From positions 2,592,001 to 2,656,000 of the forward strand of contig JBKAGP010000001.1 of assembly GCA_046290465.1 (NCBI GenBank): a stretch of DNA of 64,000 nucleotides, given 5' to 3'. The position numbers and the translations under genes are program-made. The notes beneath the pieces are model-generated. The model was given only the letters and a program-made list of their open reading frames with translations. It made no database searches and was not told the origin of the DNA. Source of the DNA: Planctomycetota bacterium (GTDB lineage: Bacteria; Planctomycetota; UBA1135; UBA2386). Shown one piece after another: positions 22,059 through 30,400 of this stretch (positions within the stretch are counted from its first letter, which is position 1; every line of letters starts with the position of its first letter).

Positions 22059-23741
22059 CTACCAGGTCGTCAGGATGTTGGTGAACACGTTGTAGCGGAT
22101 GTCGTCCGAGTCGTAGATCCGCGCAAAGCCGTCGTCCGGGAACAGCGCCGAGGCGCCGAACTGCAGGATGACGTTGTTGGTCAGGAACGGCCGATACTGC
22201 GTCCCGACGAAGATCTCGGTGCCGATCGACTTGTCGACGTCGGCAGCCTGCAGCAGGAACTCGAGCGAATTGGTCTTGTCGAAGCGCAGGTAGGTGAAGC
22301 CGGCCTGCGCGCGCCACTTCGGCGTCAGCTCGAAGTCGCCGGCCATGCCGAACAGGATCACCCCGGGGTTGACGAAGTTGGACTGGCCCTGCGTCTTGCT
22401 GGTCTGCAGGTCGGCCAGCGGACTGAACGGCTGCGTCAGCGCGGTGCCGACGAACTTCAGCGCCTGGCTGTTCCAGAACGAGAACTGGCCGCCACCGAAG
22501 TTCGGCGCGTCGTTGATCGCGTCGAAGCCGGTCGCGTCGCCGTCGCGCGGATCGCTGTCCCCCGACGCCCACAGGAAGAACGCGCGCGGCCGCCACCAGT
22601 CGATGTCGTAGCTCAGCTCGAACGCCGCCAGCGTCGAATCGATGTCGACGCTGCGCGCGGCGATCTCGTTCTGCGACTCCTCGCCGAGCGCCTTGTAGAG
22701 CGCGTGCGTGACGTTCCAGCGGCCGAAGTGGCCCTCGCCGGCCCAGCCGAAGTAGTAGGCGTCGATCTCGTTCGGCGTGAAGTTGCCGAGCGGCTTGGGC
22801 GAGACCAGGAAGCGGTTGTCGTCGAACTCGAAGCCGCGGCGGTCGCGGTTGTAGTGGAACGAGAACGACGTGGTGTAGCCGAGCACCGGCCAGTCCTGCC
22901 GGTAGACGTTCGCGATGAACACGTTCTGGTCACGATCCTCGAGGTTGTTGAGCTGCGAGTTCGTGTCCTTGTCGAGCGTGTCGAACAGCGCGACGTTGTA
23001 CTGCCACTTGTTGTTGTCGGCGTTGCCGAACAAGCGGATGCCGAGCTGGCTGTCCTCGAAGATGAAGCCGCGGAAGTCGCTGCGGAACGGCAGGATGCCG
23101 GCCTCGAGCGACATGAAGTCGTAGCGGTCGTTCCAGTCGAACAGGTGGTATTCGAGGAACGCCTCCTGCATCGAGAAGTCGCCGCGGTTTCGGGTCGTGC
23201 CCTTGGCCGGATCGATCTCGACGACGCCGACCTCCTCGACCTCGAGGCGGGTGTAGTTGAACACCGGCGTCACCCGGATCCGCCAGTCGACCGGCTTGAA
23301 CGCCTGCTGGCCGCGGAACAGGTCGAACGAGATCGCCAGGTCGTTCTGCAGGAACGACTGCTTGCCGTCGCCGAAGAACGACTGCGCCACCGGCCCGGGA
23401 CCGGTGATGCCGGACGGCGTCGGCACGTCCCGCACCTCGTAGAACAGCCGGTTGGTGGCCGTCAGCGCGAAGAACAGGTCCTCCTGCCCGAGGATCGGGA
23501 AGTCGCCCTTCAGCACGTTCTGCCGGTAGGGGTTCCACGGGCTGGCGCGCTCGTTGATCGAGTACGGCGGCGGCTCGATGCCGCCGACCGAGCGCCCGGG
23601 TGCGAACCAGCGCGACCCGATCGGGTCGAAGTCGCGTGGCGCGGGCTTCTCCTGTGGTGGCTCCGCCTGCTGCGCCACCAACGGTGACGCCAGCGCGAGC
23701 GCGAGCGGCGTGAGCAGGATGCAACGAACCCGACGCGTCAT
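22059..23741 (-). CDS. Probable outer-membrane beta-barrel protein
   Basis: Signal peptide; aromatic-rich alternating strands; C-terminal YNVFTNILTTW beta-signal; 2-bp gap to the downstream gene. Confidence 0.8.
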   Translation of the reverse strand: MTRRVRCILLTPLALALASPLVAQQAEPPQEKPAPRDFDPIGSRWFAPGRSVGGIEPPPYSINERASPWNPYRQNVLKGDFPILGQEDLFFALTATNRLFYEVRDVPTPSGITGPGPVAQSFFGDGKQSFLQNDLAISFDLFRGQQAFKPVDWRIRVTPVFNYTRLEVEEVGVVEIDPAKGTTRNRGDFSMQEAFLEYHLFDWNDRYDFMSLEAGILPFRSDFRGFIFEDSQLGIRLFGNADNNKWQYNVALFDTLDKDTNSQLNNLEDRDQNVFIANVYRQDWPVLGYTTSFSFHYNRDRRGFEFDDNRFLVSPKPLGNFTPNEIDAYYFGWAGEGHFGRWNVTHALYKALGEESQNEIAARSVDIDSTLAAFELSYDIDWWRPRAFFLWASGDSDPRDGDATGFDAINDAPNFGGGQFSFWNSQALKFVGTALTQPFSPLADLQTSKTQGQSNFVNPGVILFGMAGDFELTPKWRAQAGFTYLRFDKTNSLEFLLQAADVDKSIGTEIFVGTQYRPFLTNNVILQFGASALFPDDGFARIYDSDDIRYNVFTNILTTW

Positions 23742-23904
23742 TCGATCCTCATGTGGCTAGGGGTCTCCGACCGACAGAGAGCGAGGGCATTGGAGCCGCG
23801 TCCGGCGCAGCGTGAAAGAACTTTCGATGACGATGTCATGGGACTTTCCCGCTCGCCTGTTCGCTTCCCGACGGACCCTCTACTAGCATCCCAACGCACC
23901 CGCA

Positions 23905-25479
23905 ATGCCACGCTTCCAGCTGCTCGTTCGTGAACTCGGGAAGGAGCCTCGCGTCGTCCCGCTCGGCGACCCGATCGTCGTCGGCCGCTCCCGCAGCGCC
24001 GACCTGACGGTCGACGACGAGGAGGTCGGTCGCAAGCAGTTCCAGATCGGGGTCACCTCGGGATTCGTCGTGCTCGAAGGGCTCGGCGCGACCAACCCGA
24101 CGCGCGTCGACGACGGCACGATCCAGTCCGGCGAGAAGACCACGCTGCCGGTCGGCGCGATGATCCGTGTCGGCAAGACCGAGTTCGTCATCGAGTCGAC
24201 CGACAAGACCGAAGGCATCCCCGCGCCGTCGTCGCCGCACGTCGACCAGACGATGGTAGCCGGCGGACCCGGTCCTGGTGGTGCAGGTCCCGGTGGTGCA
24301 GGCCCGGGTGGTGACGGTGCTGGTGGTGACGGTGCTGGCGCGCAACCCGCCGCCGAGCCCGACCCGGCACCGATGAACACGATGGAGTTCCGCCCGCCGG
24401 GCGTCGGTGCTCCTGGCGCCGCGCCGCCGAGCGCGCCGCCGCCGGACGAGGCGCCGATGAACACGATGGAGTTCCGGCCGCCCGGTGTCGGCGGCCCCGG
24501 AGCAGGAGGTCCGCCGGCTGGTGGCGCAGCATCCCCACCCGCTGGCGGCGAAGAGAATTACGACCAGACGATGGCCAAGGGCTTCCGCCCGGGGCAGTTC
24601 GCTCCCGGCGGTGCGACGCCCCCACCCAAGAGCCCGCCAGCCGAGACACCCCCAGCCGAGACACCCCCAGCCAAGACACCCTTAGCCAAGGCTCCGCCCG
24701 CGCAACCGCCGAAGGCGACCGCACCGCAACCGGCACCAGCCCAGCCGGCCGCACCGCAACCTGCACCGCCCCGACCCGATCCGGAACCGGAGCCGCAGCC
24801 CGCAGCACCGCCGAAGGCCGGGCCCGCGACGCCGGACCGGCCGAAGACGGTCGCCGTGCGTCCCGAGGACCTCGCCGCCGTTCCGGGCGCGCCGCTCGGC
24901 GACGACCTCGAGTCGCGGCTGCACCAGTCGATGCCGCGCCTGTTCGTGAAGGGCGAAGGGCTGAAGCGTCCGGTGCGGTTGATGAAGAGCAACAACCGCG
25001 TCGGCCGGGCCGAGACCGCGGACGTGCTGCTGCCGCACGAGTCGGTGTCCGAGCAGCACGCCGAGATCCGCTTCGACGGCGAGCTGTGGACGCTGCACGA
25101 TTCCGGCAGCACCAACGGCACGATCGTCGACGGCCAGCACCTTCGCGGCGGCTCCCAGGTGCTGCGGCGCAACGCGCTGATCGGCATCGGCGCGCTGAAG
25201 CTGATCTTCCTGTGCATCGACCGCAGGCACGAGGCGCAGGACCGCCGCGACGAAGAACGCGCGCTGCAGCTGCTCGGCAGGTCGGGCCGCATCGATCGCG
25301 GCACGGCCAACGAGATCCGCCAGATGGTGCGCAGCGACGCGCACCAGTCGATCGCCGAGATCGTGCTGCGCGACACCCCGATGTCGCCGACCGACTGGGC
25401 CAACGCGGTCGTCACCGCCCGCTCCAAGGTCTCGTTGCTGCAGCGACTGCTGCGGCTGTTCTCGTTCGGCAAGCGATGA
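23905..25479 (+). CDS. Double-FHA protein with a long Pro/Gly-rich linker
   Basis: N-terminal FHA (VVGRS...TNPT, degenerate); C-terminal FHA (VGRAE, VSEQH, STNGT); amphipathic tail LLQRLLRLFSFGKR. Confidence 0.88.
   Translation: MPRFQLLVRELGKEPRVVPLGDPIVVGRSRSADLTVDDEEVGRKQFQIGVTSGFVVLEGLGATNPTRVDDGTIQSGEKTTLPVGAMIRVGKTEFVIESTDKTEGIPAPSSPHVDQTMVAGGPGPGGAGPGGAGPGGDGAGGDGAGAQPAAEPDPAPMNTMEFRPPGVGAPGAAPPSAPPPDEAPMNTMEFRPPGVGGPGAGGPPAGGAASPPAGGEENYDQTMAKGFRPGQFAPGGATPPPKSPPAETPPAETPPAKTPLAKAPPAQPPKATAPQPAPAQPAAPQPAPPRPDPEPEPQPAAPPKAGPATPDRPKTVAVRPEDLAAVPGAPLGDDLESRLHQSMPRLFVKGEGLKRPVRLMKSNNRVGRAETADVLLPHESVSEQHAEIRFDGELWTLHDSGSTNGTIVDGQHLRGGSQVLRRNALIGIGALKLIFLCIDRRHEAQDRRDEERALQLLGRSGRIDRGTANEIRQMVRSDAHQSIAEIVLRDTPMSPTDWANAVVTARSKVSLLQRLLRLFSFGKR
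24271..24690 (+). repeat. Intragenic repeats: 15-bp Gly-rich units, a duplicated APMNTMEFRPPGVG block, 15-bp PPAET units
   Basis: CCGATGAACACGATGGAGTTCCG occurs at about 24370 and 24454; CCCCCAGCCGAGACA-type units at about 24633-24690. Confidence 0.8.
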
Positions 25480-25501
25480 CGCCGCCGGCTGTACCAGGAC
25501 G

Positions 25502-26590
25502 ATGAACCTCGCCTTCCTCCGCTCCCCGCACGCCGTCGTCGCGATCGCCGCGGTCGGCGCGTTCGTCGCCTGGCACCTGGTCGCAGCGCAACCGTTCGGG
25601 GACCGCGGCGACGACAATGTCTGGTACCTGCTGACGACCGGCTGGGTCGCGGTCGCGGCCTACGTCGTGCTGGCGCTCTACGCCGCCCGCCGCGCCGCGC
25701 ACCGCCTGCGGCTCAGCCCCGAGTTCGGCTGGGAGGCGAAGCTGCCGCAGCTCGAACGGGCCCAGACGCAGCTGAGCGAACTCGAGAACCGCGTCGCCCG
25801 CCGCGAGCTGATCGGCAGGGGCGAGGTCCACAAGGCCGCGCGCGACATCCTGCGTCGCCACGACGTGCACCGCGTGCTGCGCGTCGACGTGCAGCGCGAC
25901 GGCGCCGCCATCGGGCTGCTGCGCGTCGACGTGCAGCCGCGCAACGCACTCGGCACGCTGGCGAGCTGGCTGTCGGCGCACGTCTGGTACGGCATCGCCG
26001 CGGCGCTGCTGGTCTGGTTCCACGGCGGCGGCCGCTGCGGCTCGACGATGGGGCTGCTGCTCAACGCGCTCAGCTACTTCGTGATCGGTAGCGGCCTGCT
26101 CGGCGCGTTCTTCTGGGCGGTCGGACCGACCTGGCTGACCCGCGCCGAACGCGAGCTGTCGATCGAGAAGGCGGTCGCCCTGCGCGCCCACTTCGACCGC
26201 AAGTGCAAGGCCGCCAACGACGCGCTCGCGTCCGCGCCCGAACGGCGTGAGCGCGCCGAGGCCGAGGTCGCCGAACGCCAGGCCGCGGCTGCGGCCGCCG
26301 CCAAGGCCGCCGACGGCAACAAGGACAAGAAGCTGGCCAAGGCCAAGAAGGACGCCGACAAGGAGCTCAAGAAGGCCAAGGGCGAGGTCGCGGCGATCGA
26401 CAAGGAGGTCGCCGCCCTGCCCACGGAGCTGACCGTGCTCGAGGGCCAGCGCGACCGCGTCCGCCGCGAAGCCGCGCGCCTCGAGCGCTACCGGACCCTG
26501 CTACGCGGCTGGCGTCTGTTCCACGTGCCGTGCTCGGTCCTGCTGCTCGCGCTGGTGGCCGTGCACGTGCTGAGCATCTGGTACTACTGA
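25502..26590 (+). CDS. Integral membrane protein, ferric-reductase-like, probably di-heme b
   Basis: About 5 TM helices; two H-x13-H pairs: HVWYGIAAALLVWFH and HVPCSVLLLALVAVH. Confidence 0.75.
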   Translation: MNLAFLRSPHAVVAIAAVGAFVAWHLVAAQPFGDRGDDNVWYLLTTGWVAVAAYVVLALYAARRAAHRLRLSPEFGWEAKLPQLERAQTQLSELENRVARRELIGRGEVHKAARDILRRHDVHRVLRVDVQRDGAAIGLLRVDVQPRNALGTLASWLSAHVWYGIAAALLVWFHGGGRCGSTMGLLLNALSYFVIGSGLLGAFFWAVGPTWLTRAERELSIEKAVALRAHFDRKCKAANDALASAPERRERAEAEVAERQAAAAAAAKAADGNKDKKLAKAKKDADKELKKAKGEVAAIDKEVAALPTELTVLEGQRDRVRREAARLERYRTLLRGWRLFHVPCSVLLLALVAVHVLSIWYY

Positions 26591-26612
26591 TCCTCCCCCA
26601 CCAAACGACGAC

Positions 26613-28166
26613 ATGACCCTCGCTGCCGACAACGTCGACGCGCTGCTCGCGATGCCGCTGTTCGCGGACGTCGACGACGAGCTGCTGGACGGGCTGCGCG
26701 CCGAAGCGGACATCACCGACGGCACGTTCGAATGGGAACCCGGCGCCGCACCGCGGGAGGGCTTCCTGACGTTCTGCGAACTGCGCGACGGCGAGGTCTG
26801 CGTCACGCAGGGTGAGCTGGCGACGAAGTTCGTGTTCATCCTGCACGGCCAGATCGAGGCGCTGCAGGCGCGCGCCGGTCGCGAGGTCTACCGCCATCGC
26901 GAGCTCGGCCCGGGCGACTGGTTCGGCGAGATCTCGACGATCAGCGATTCGCCGGCGCTGGCGTCCTACCGCGCCGACGGCGAGACGCTGGTCGCGGCCA
27001 TCGACGCGCGCATGTTCAAGCGGCTCTACGCCGAGGACGACACCTTCAAGGAGCGCATCGACGAGGGCTACCTCGACAACCTCGGCCTGCACCTGCGGCT
27101 GTCGCCGCTGTGCAAGGACCTCGACGACCAGGCCCTGGCGCAGCTCGAGACCAGCGCCGAGCTGGTCAGCTTCGAGGACGGCGAGGTGGTGATCGAGCAG
27201 GGCACGCCGTGTGAAGAGGTCTACCTGGTGCGCACCGGCGGCCTCGCCTGCTTCGTCGAGAGCCACGGCGGCGAGCGCACCCTGGCGTTCTACAAGGGCA
27301 ACGCGACCTTCGGCGAACACTCGCTGCTGAGCGAGGGCGCCGAGTGGCCGGCGAGCTACCGCACGCTGATGCAGACCTCGCTGATCAAGCTGCCGAAGAA
27401 GTCGTTCGCGCTGCTGTCGGATGACGCGCGCAGCGGTCTGACCCGCGCCGCCAACCGCCTCGTCGGCGGCGACGACGCGCGCGCCGCCGAGCAGGGCGAC
27501 GCCAACGATGTCGGCTCGCGCAGCGTGCTCGACGAACTGTTCGTGATGGTCGAGCGCGAGTCGGTCAAGGGCGGTCGCGCGCTGGTCATCGACCGCACCC
27601 GCTGTGTGCGCTGCAACATGTGCGTCGAGTCGTGCGAGACCGTGCACGACGACGGCATCCCGCGCCTGTCCAAGGTCGGCACGCCGGTCGCGACCGACGA
27701 GGTGCTGATCACCGCCTGCTACCACTGCGACACGCCGCAGTGCATGTTGTCGTGCGAGTACTCGGCGATCCGGCGCGACGCGCAGGGCCGGGTGCGGTTC
27801 GAGTACGACATGTGCGTCGGCTGCGCCGGCTGCATCGACGGCTGTCCCTACGGCGTCATCCGCCTGATCGAGAAGAAGCCGCCAGCGCAGGCGCGACCTT
27901 CGTTCCTGCAGAGCCTGCCGGTGATCGGCAAGCTGTTCGGCACGCCGACGCAGCCCGAGCAGCCGGCCGCGGCGACCGACGAGGCGGGCGAGCCGGTCAA
28001 GCCGCGCTCGGTCGGCGCCGGCGGCAAGGTCTCGCCGGTCAACGGCAAGACGATCAAGTGCGATCTGTGCGCCGGCCTGCCGTTCGAAGCCTGCGTCTAC
28101 AACTGTCCGACCACCGCGATCCTGCGCAAGGAACCGCAGAGCCTGTTCGACCGGAGGGCACGCTGA
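26613..28166 (+). CDS. Two cNMP-binding-fold domains plus a DmsB/NrfC-type 4x[4Fe-4S] domain
   Basis: WFGEIS and TFGEHS motifs; CVRCNMCVESC, CYHCDTPQCMLSC, CVGCAGCIDGCP, CDLC-x7-CVYNCP; no export signal. Confidence 0.9.
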   Translation: MTLAADNVDALLAMPLFADVDDELLDGLRAEADITDGTFEWEPGAAPREGFLTFCELRDGEVCVTQGELATKFVFILHGQIEALQARAGREVYRHRELGPGDWFGEISTISDSPALASYRADGETLVAAIDARMFKRLYAEDDTFKERIDEGYLDNLGLHLRLSPLCKDLDDQALAQLETSAELVSFEDGEVVIEQGTPCEEVYLVRTGGLACFVESHGGERTLAFYKGNATFGEHSLLSEGAEWPASYRTLMQTSLIKLPKKSFALLSDDARSGLTRAANRLVGGDDARAAEQGDANDVGSRSVLDELFVMVERESVKGGRALVIDRTRCVRCNMCVESCETVHDDGIPRLSKVGTPVATDEVLITACYHCDTPQCMLSCEYSAIRRDAQGRVRFEYDMCVGCAGCIDGCPYGVIRLIEKKPPAQARPSFLQSLPVIGKLFGTPTQPEQPAAATDEAGEPVKPRSVGAGGKVSPVNGKTIKCDLCAGLPFEACVYNCPTTAILRKEPQSLFDRRAR

Positions 28167-30358
28167 TGGCTCGCACCTGGCGCATCGAGGTCCAGAACGG
28201 CAACGACGAGCTGTCGTTCGAGAACGGCATGGTGACGCTCGGCGGGCGCACCGGCGTCGACGTGGTGCTGCGCGACGTGATGGTCGCCGACCGCCACTGC
28301 GTGATCACCTACGAGGACGGCTTCGTGCTGCGCGACACCGGCTCGGTGACCGGCACGTGGGTCGACGGCAGCCGCGCCACCCCGGCGGCGACGCTGACGG
28401 ACGGCGGCAGCATCGTGATCGGCACGACCAGGATCGCGGTCGCGATCGACGACGACGACGGCGTCGCGGTGCTCAAGCTCGGCAGCGACCCGGGGAGCTT
28501 CTGGTGGAAGCGGCCCGGCAAGGGCGCGTTCGACAACGACCCGGACCAGCTGGCCCGCAGCGAGGCGAGCTTCGGTCGCTTCCCGTCGCTGCAGCTCGGC
28601 AACCGCGTCGCGCTGATCGCCGGCGCCGTGGTGCTGATCGGCGCGACGTTCGTGAGTTCGGTGATGGAGCCGCTCGCCGATCCGGGTCCGCTGCTGCCGT
28701 CGCACGCGCTGGTCGCGACCGCGTCGATCGACGACCCGGCGATCCACGCCGGCATCCGCCGATGCGTCGAACTGTCGGGCGAACAGGGCTGCAACGTCTG
28801 CCACACCACCGGCAGCGGCGCCCCCGAACGCAAGTGCGCGCAGTGCCACGGCCTCGAGGGCGAGATGGCGCACGCGGGCTCGTGGCGCCACCCCTACCAC
28901 AACGACGGCAAGGTCAGCGACCAGCAGTTCTGTGTCGTGTGCCACACCGACCACAACGGCACCGCCGACCGCAAGCCGGCGTCGGACGCGCTGGTCGGCA
29001 ACTGCTCGGCCTGCCACGGCGACGACCCCGAGTTCCAGCAGAAGGTCGACCAGGCGCGCATCGTGCTGCCGCCGCAGCAGCCGCTCGCGTTCGAGGACCT
29101 GCGCTTCCCGCACGACACGCACCTCGCGCAGCAGATCGCCTGCGACGTCTGCCACCAGGTCGACGCGCAGGTGCTCGCCGACTTCGAGAAGGGGCTGCCG
29201 GACGATCCGGCGCGGCACGACTACGCGACCGTCGCCTACGAGGTGTGCGCGTCGTGCCACGTGCAGGACGCGCCGGCCGTCAACATGACCGCCGCACAGC
29301 AGGTCGACTGGCGCAGCAAGGCCGAGAAGGCGCAGTGGCGGGTCCGCTGGCACGGCACCGACGACGGCGGCCGCAACTGCCTGTCGTGCCACACGCAGAC
29401 GCAGCGGGGCGGCGAGGACGTGATCGGGCCCGAGCAGAAGACCGTCGCCCGCGGCGTGTTCTCGCCGCAGCTGTACCGCGACGAGCGGGCGCTCTACACC
29501 AACCCGACCCGTTCGCACGACGAGCAGTTCCAGGCGCACGCAGGCGACAAGGCCTGCACCGAGTGCCACCTGGACGGCAAGGTCCGGACCGCGATGCCCG
29601 ACGCGCGCCCGGCGCGGCCGTTCTGGCACGGCCTGCACCTGACCGCGGGCTCGCTGACGCCCGGCCCGGCGGCCGGGCAGGTCAGCACCAACGCGACCGA
29701 GGGCTGCGTGTCGTGCCACGCGGACCTCGGCGGCGAAGGCGCCGACCACCTGACGCCGTTCGACCAGGGAACCTACCACTGGCCCGAGAGCCCCGCTGCG
29801 CAGGCGGCGTGCAAGGAGTGCCACCGCGAAGGCGAAGCGCTGCTGCCGCTGCGCCCGGTGCAGCTGCGTTCGACCGCCGAGACCGTCCAGCGACCGGACT
29901 TCCCGCACGACGTGCACGTGGCGAGCGCGGCGTTCGGCAAGGACGGCACGCTCGCGAACGGCTGCTTTGCGTGCCACGAGTTCTCGGCCGCCGACGACGA
30001 CGCGCCGTTCACGCAGGTGCCGCGCACGCTGCCCGGCGCGATGGACTGCACCGCCTGCCACAGCGGCCACGCCGACGTCGGCGGCGGCGACTGCCAGCAG
30101 TGCCACCCCAAGATCGACGGCCGCAGCAACTCGTTCCTGTGGCAGGCGAAGCTCACCGAGCCGAGCAGCGAACGGCCGTGGCCGGCCCTCAACGGCTTCC
30201 GCCACCTCAGCGTCGGCCACAAGGACGAGGACTGCGCCGCCTGCCACGGCGCCAGCAACCTCGACCAGGCCGACACGCTGGCCAAGGTGCGGGTCCCGGA
30301 CGAATCCGCCGCCCTGTGTCGCGACTGCCACCTGCAGAAGCAGTTCCACTGGCGCTGA
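28166..30358 (+). CDS. FHA-fold, TM, then a multiheme cytochrome c (15 CxxCH)
   Basis: ATG overlaps the upstream TGA (TGATG); DRHC...DTGSVTGTWVDG; TM VALIAGAVVLIGATFV; 15 CxxCH counted. Confidence 0.92.
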   Translation: MARTWRIEVQNGNDELSFENGMVTLGGRTGVDVVLRDVMVADRHCVITYEDGFVLRDTGSVTGTWVDGSRATPAATLTDGGSIVIGTTRIAVAIDDDDGVAVLKLGSDPGSFWWKRPGKGAFDNDPDQLARSEASFGRFPSLQLGNRVALIAGAVVLIGATFVSSVMEPLADPGPLLPSHALVATASIDDPAIHAGIRRCVELSGEQGCNVCHTTGSGAPERKCAQCHGLEGEMAHAGSWRHPYHNDGKVSDQQFCVVCHTDHNGTADRKPASDALVGNCSACHGDDPEFQQKVDQARIVLPPQQPLAFEDLRFPHDTHLAQQIACDVCHQVDAQVLADFEKGLPDDPARHDYATVAYEVCASCHVQDAPAVNMTAAQQVDWRSKAEKAQWRVRWHGTDDGGRNCLSCHTQTQRGGEDVIGPEQKTVARGVFSPQLYRDERALYTNPTRSHDEQFQAHAGDKACTECHLDGKVRTAMPDARPARPFWHGLHLTAGSLTPGPAAGQVSTNATEGCVSCHADLGGEGADHLTPFDQGTYHWPESPAAQAACKECHREGEALLPLRPVQLRSTAETVQRPDFPHDVHVASAAFGKDGTLANGCFACHEFSAADDDAPFTQVPRTLPGAMDCTACHSGHADVGGGDCQQCHPKIDGRSNSFLWQAKLTEPSSERPWPALNGFRHLSVGHKDEDCAACHGASNLDQADTLAKVRVPDESAALCRDCHLQKQFHWR

Positions 30359-30374
30359 GCGCCGCGTCGGTGGC

Positions 30375-30396
30375 CGGACCGGTTGCGACCGGTCCG
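30375..30396. terminator. Hairpin between convergent cytochrome genes
   Basis: CGGACCGGT-TGCG-ACCGGTCCG; no U-tract. Confidence 0.4.
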
Positions 30397-30400
30397 CCCG

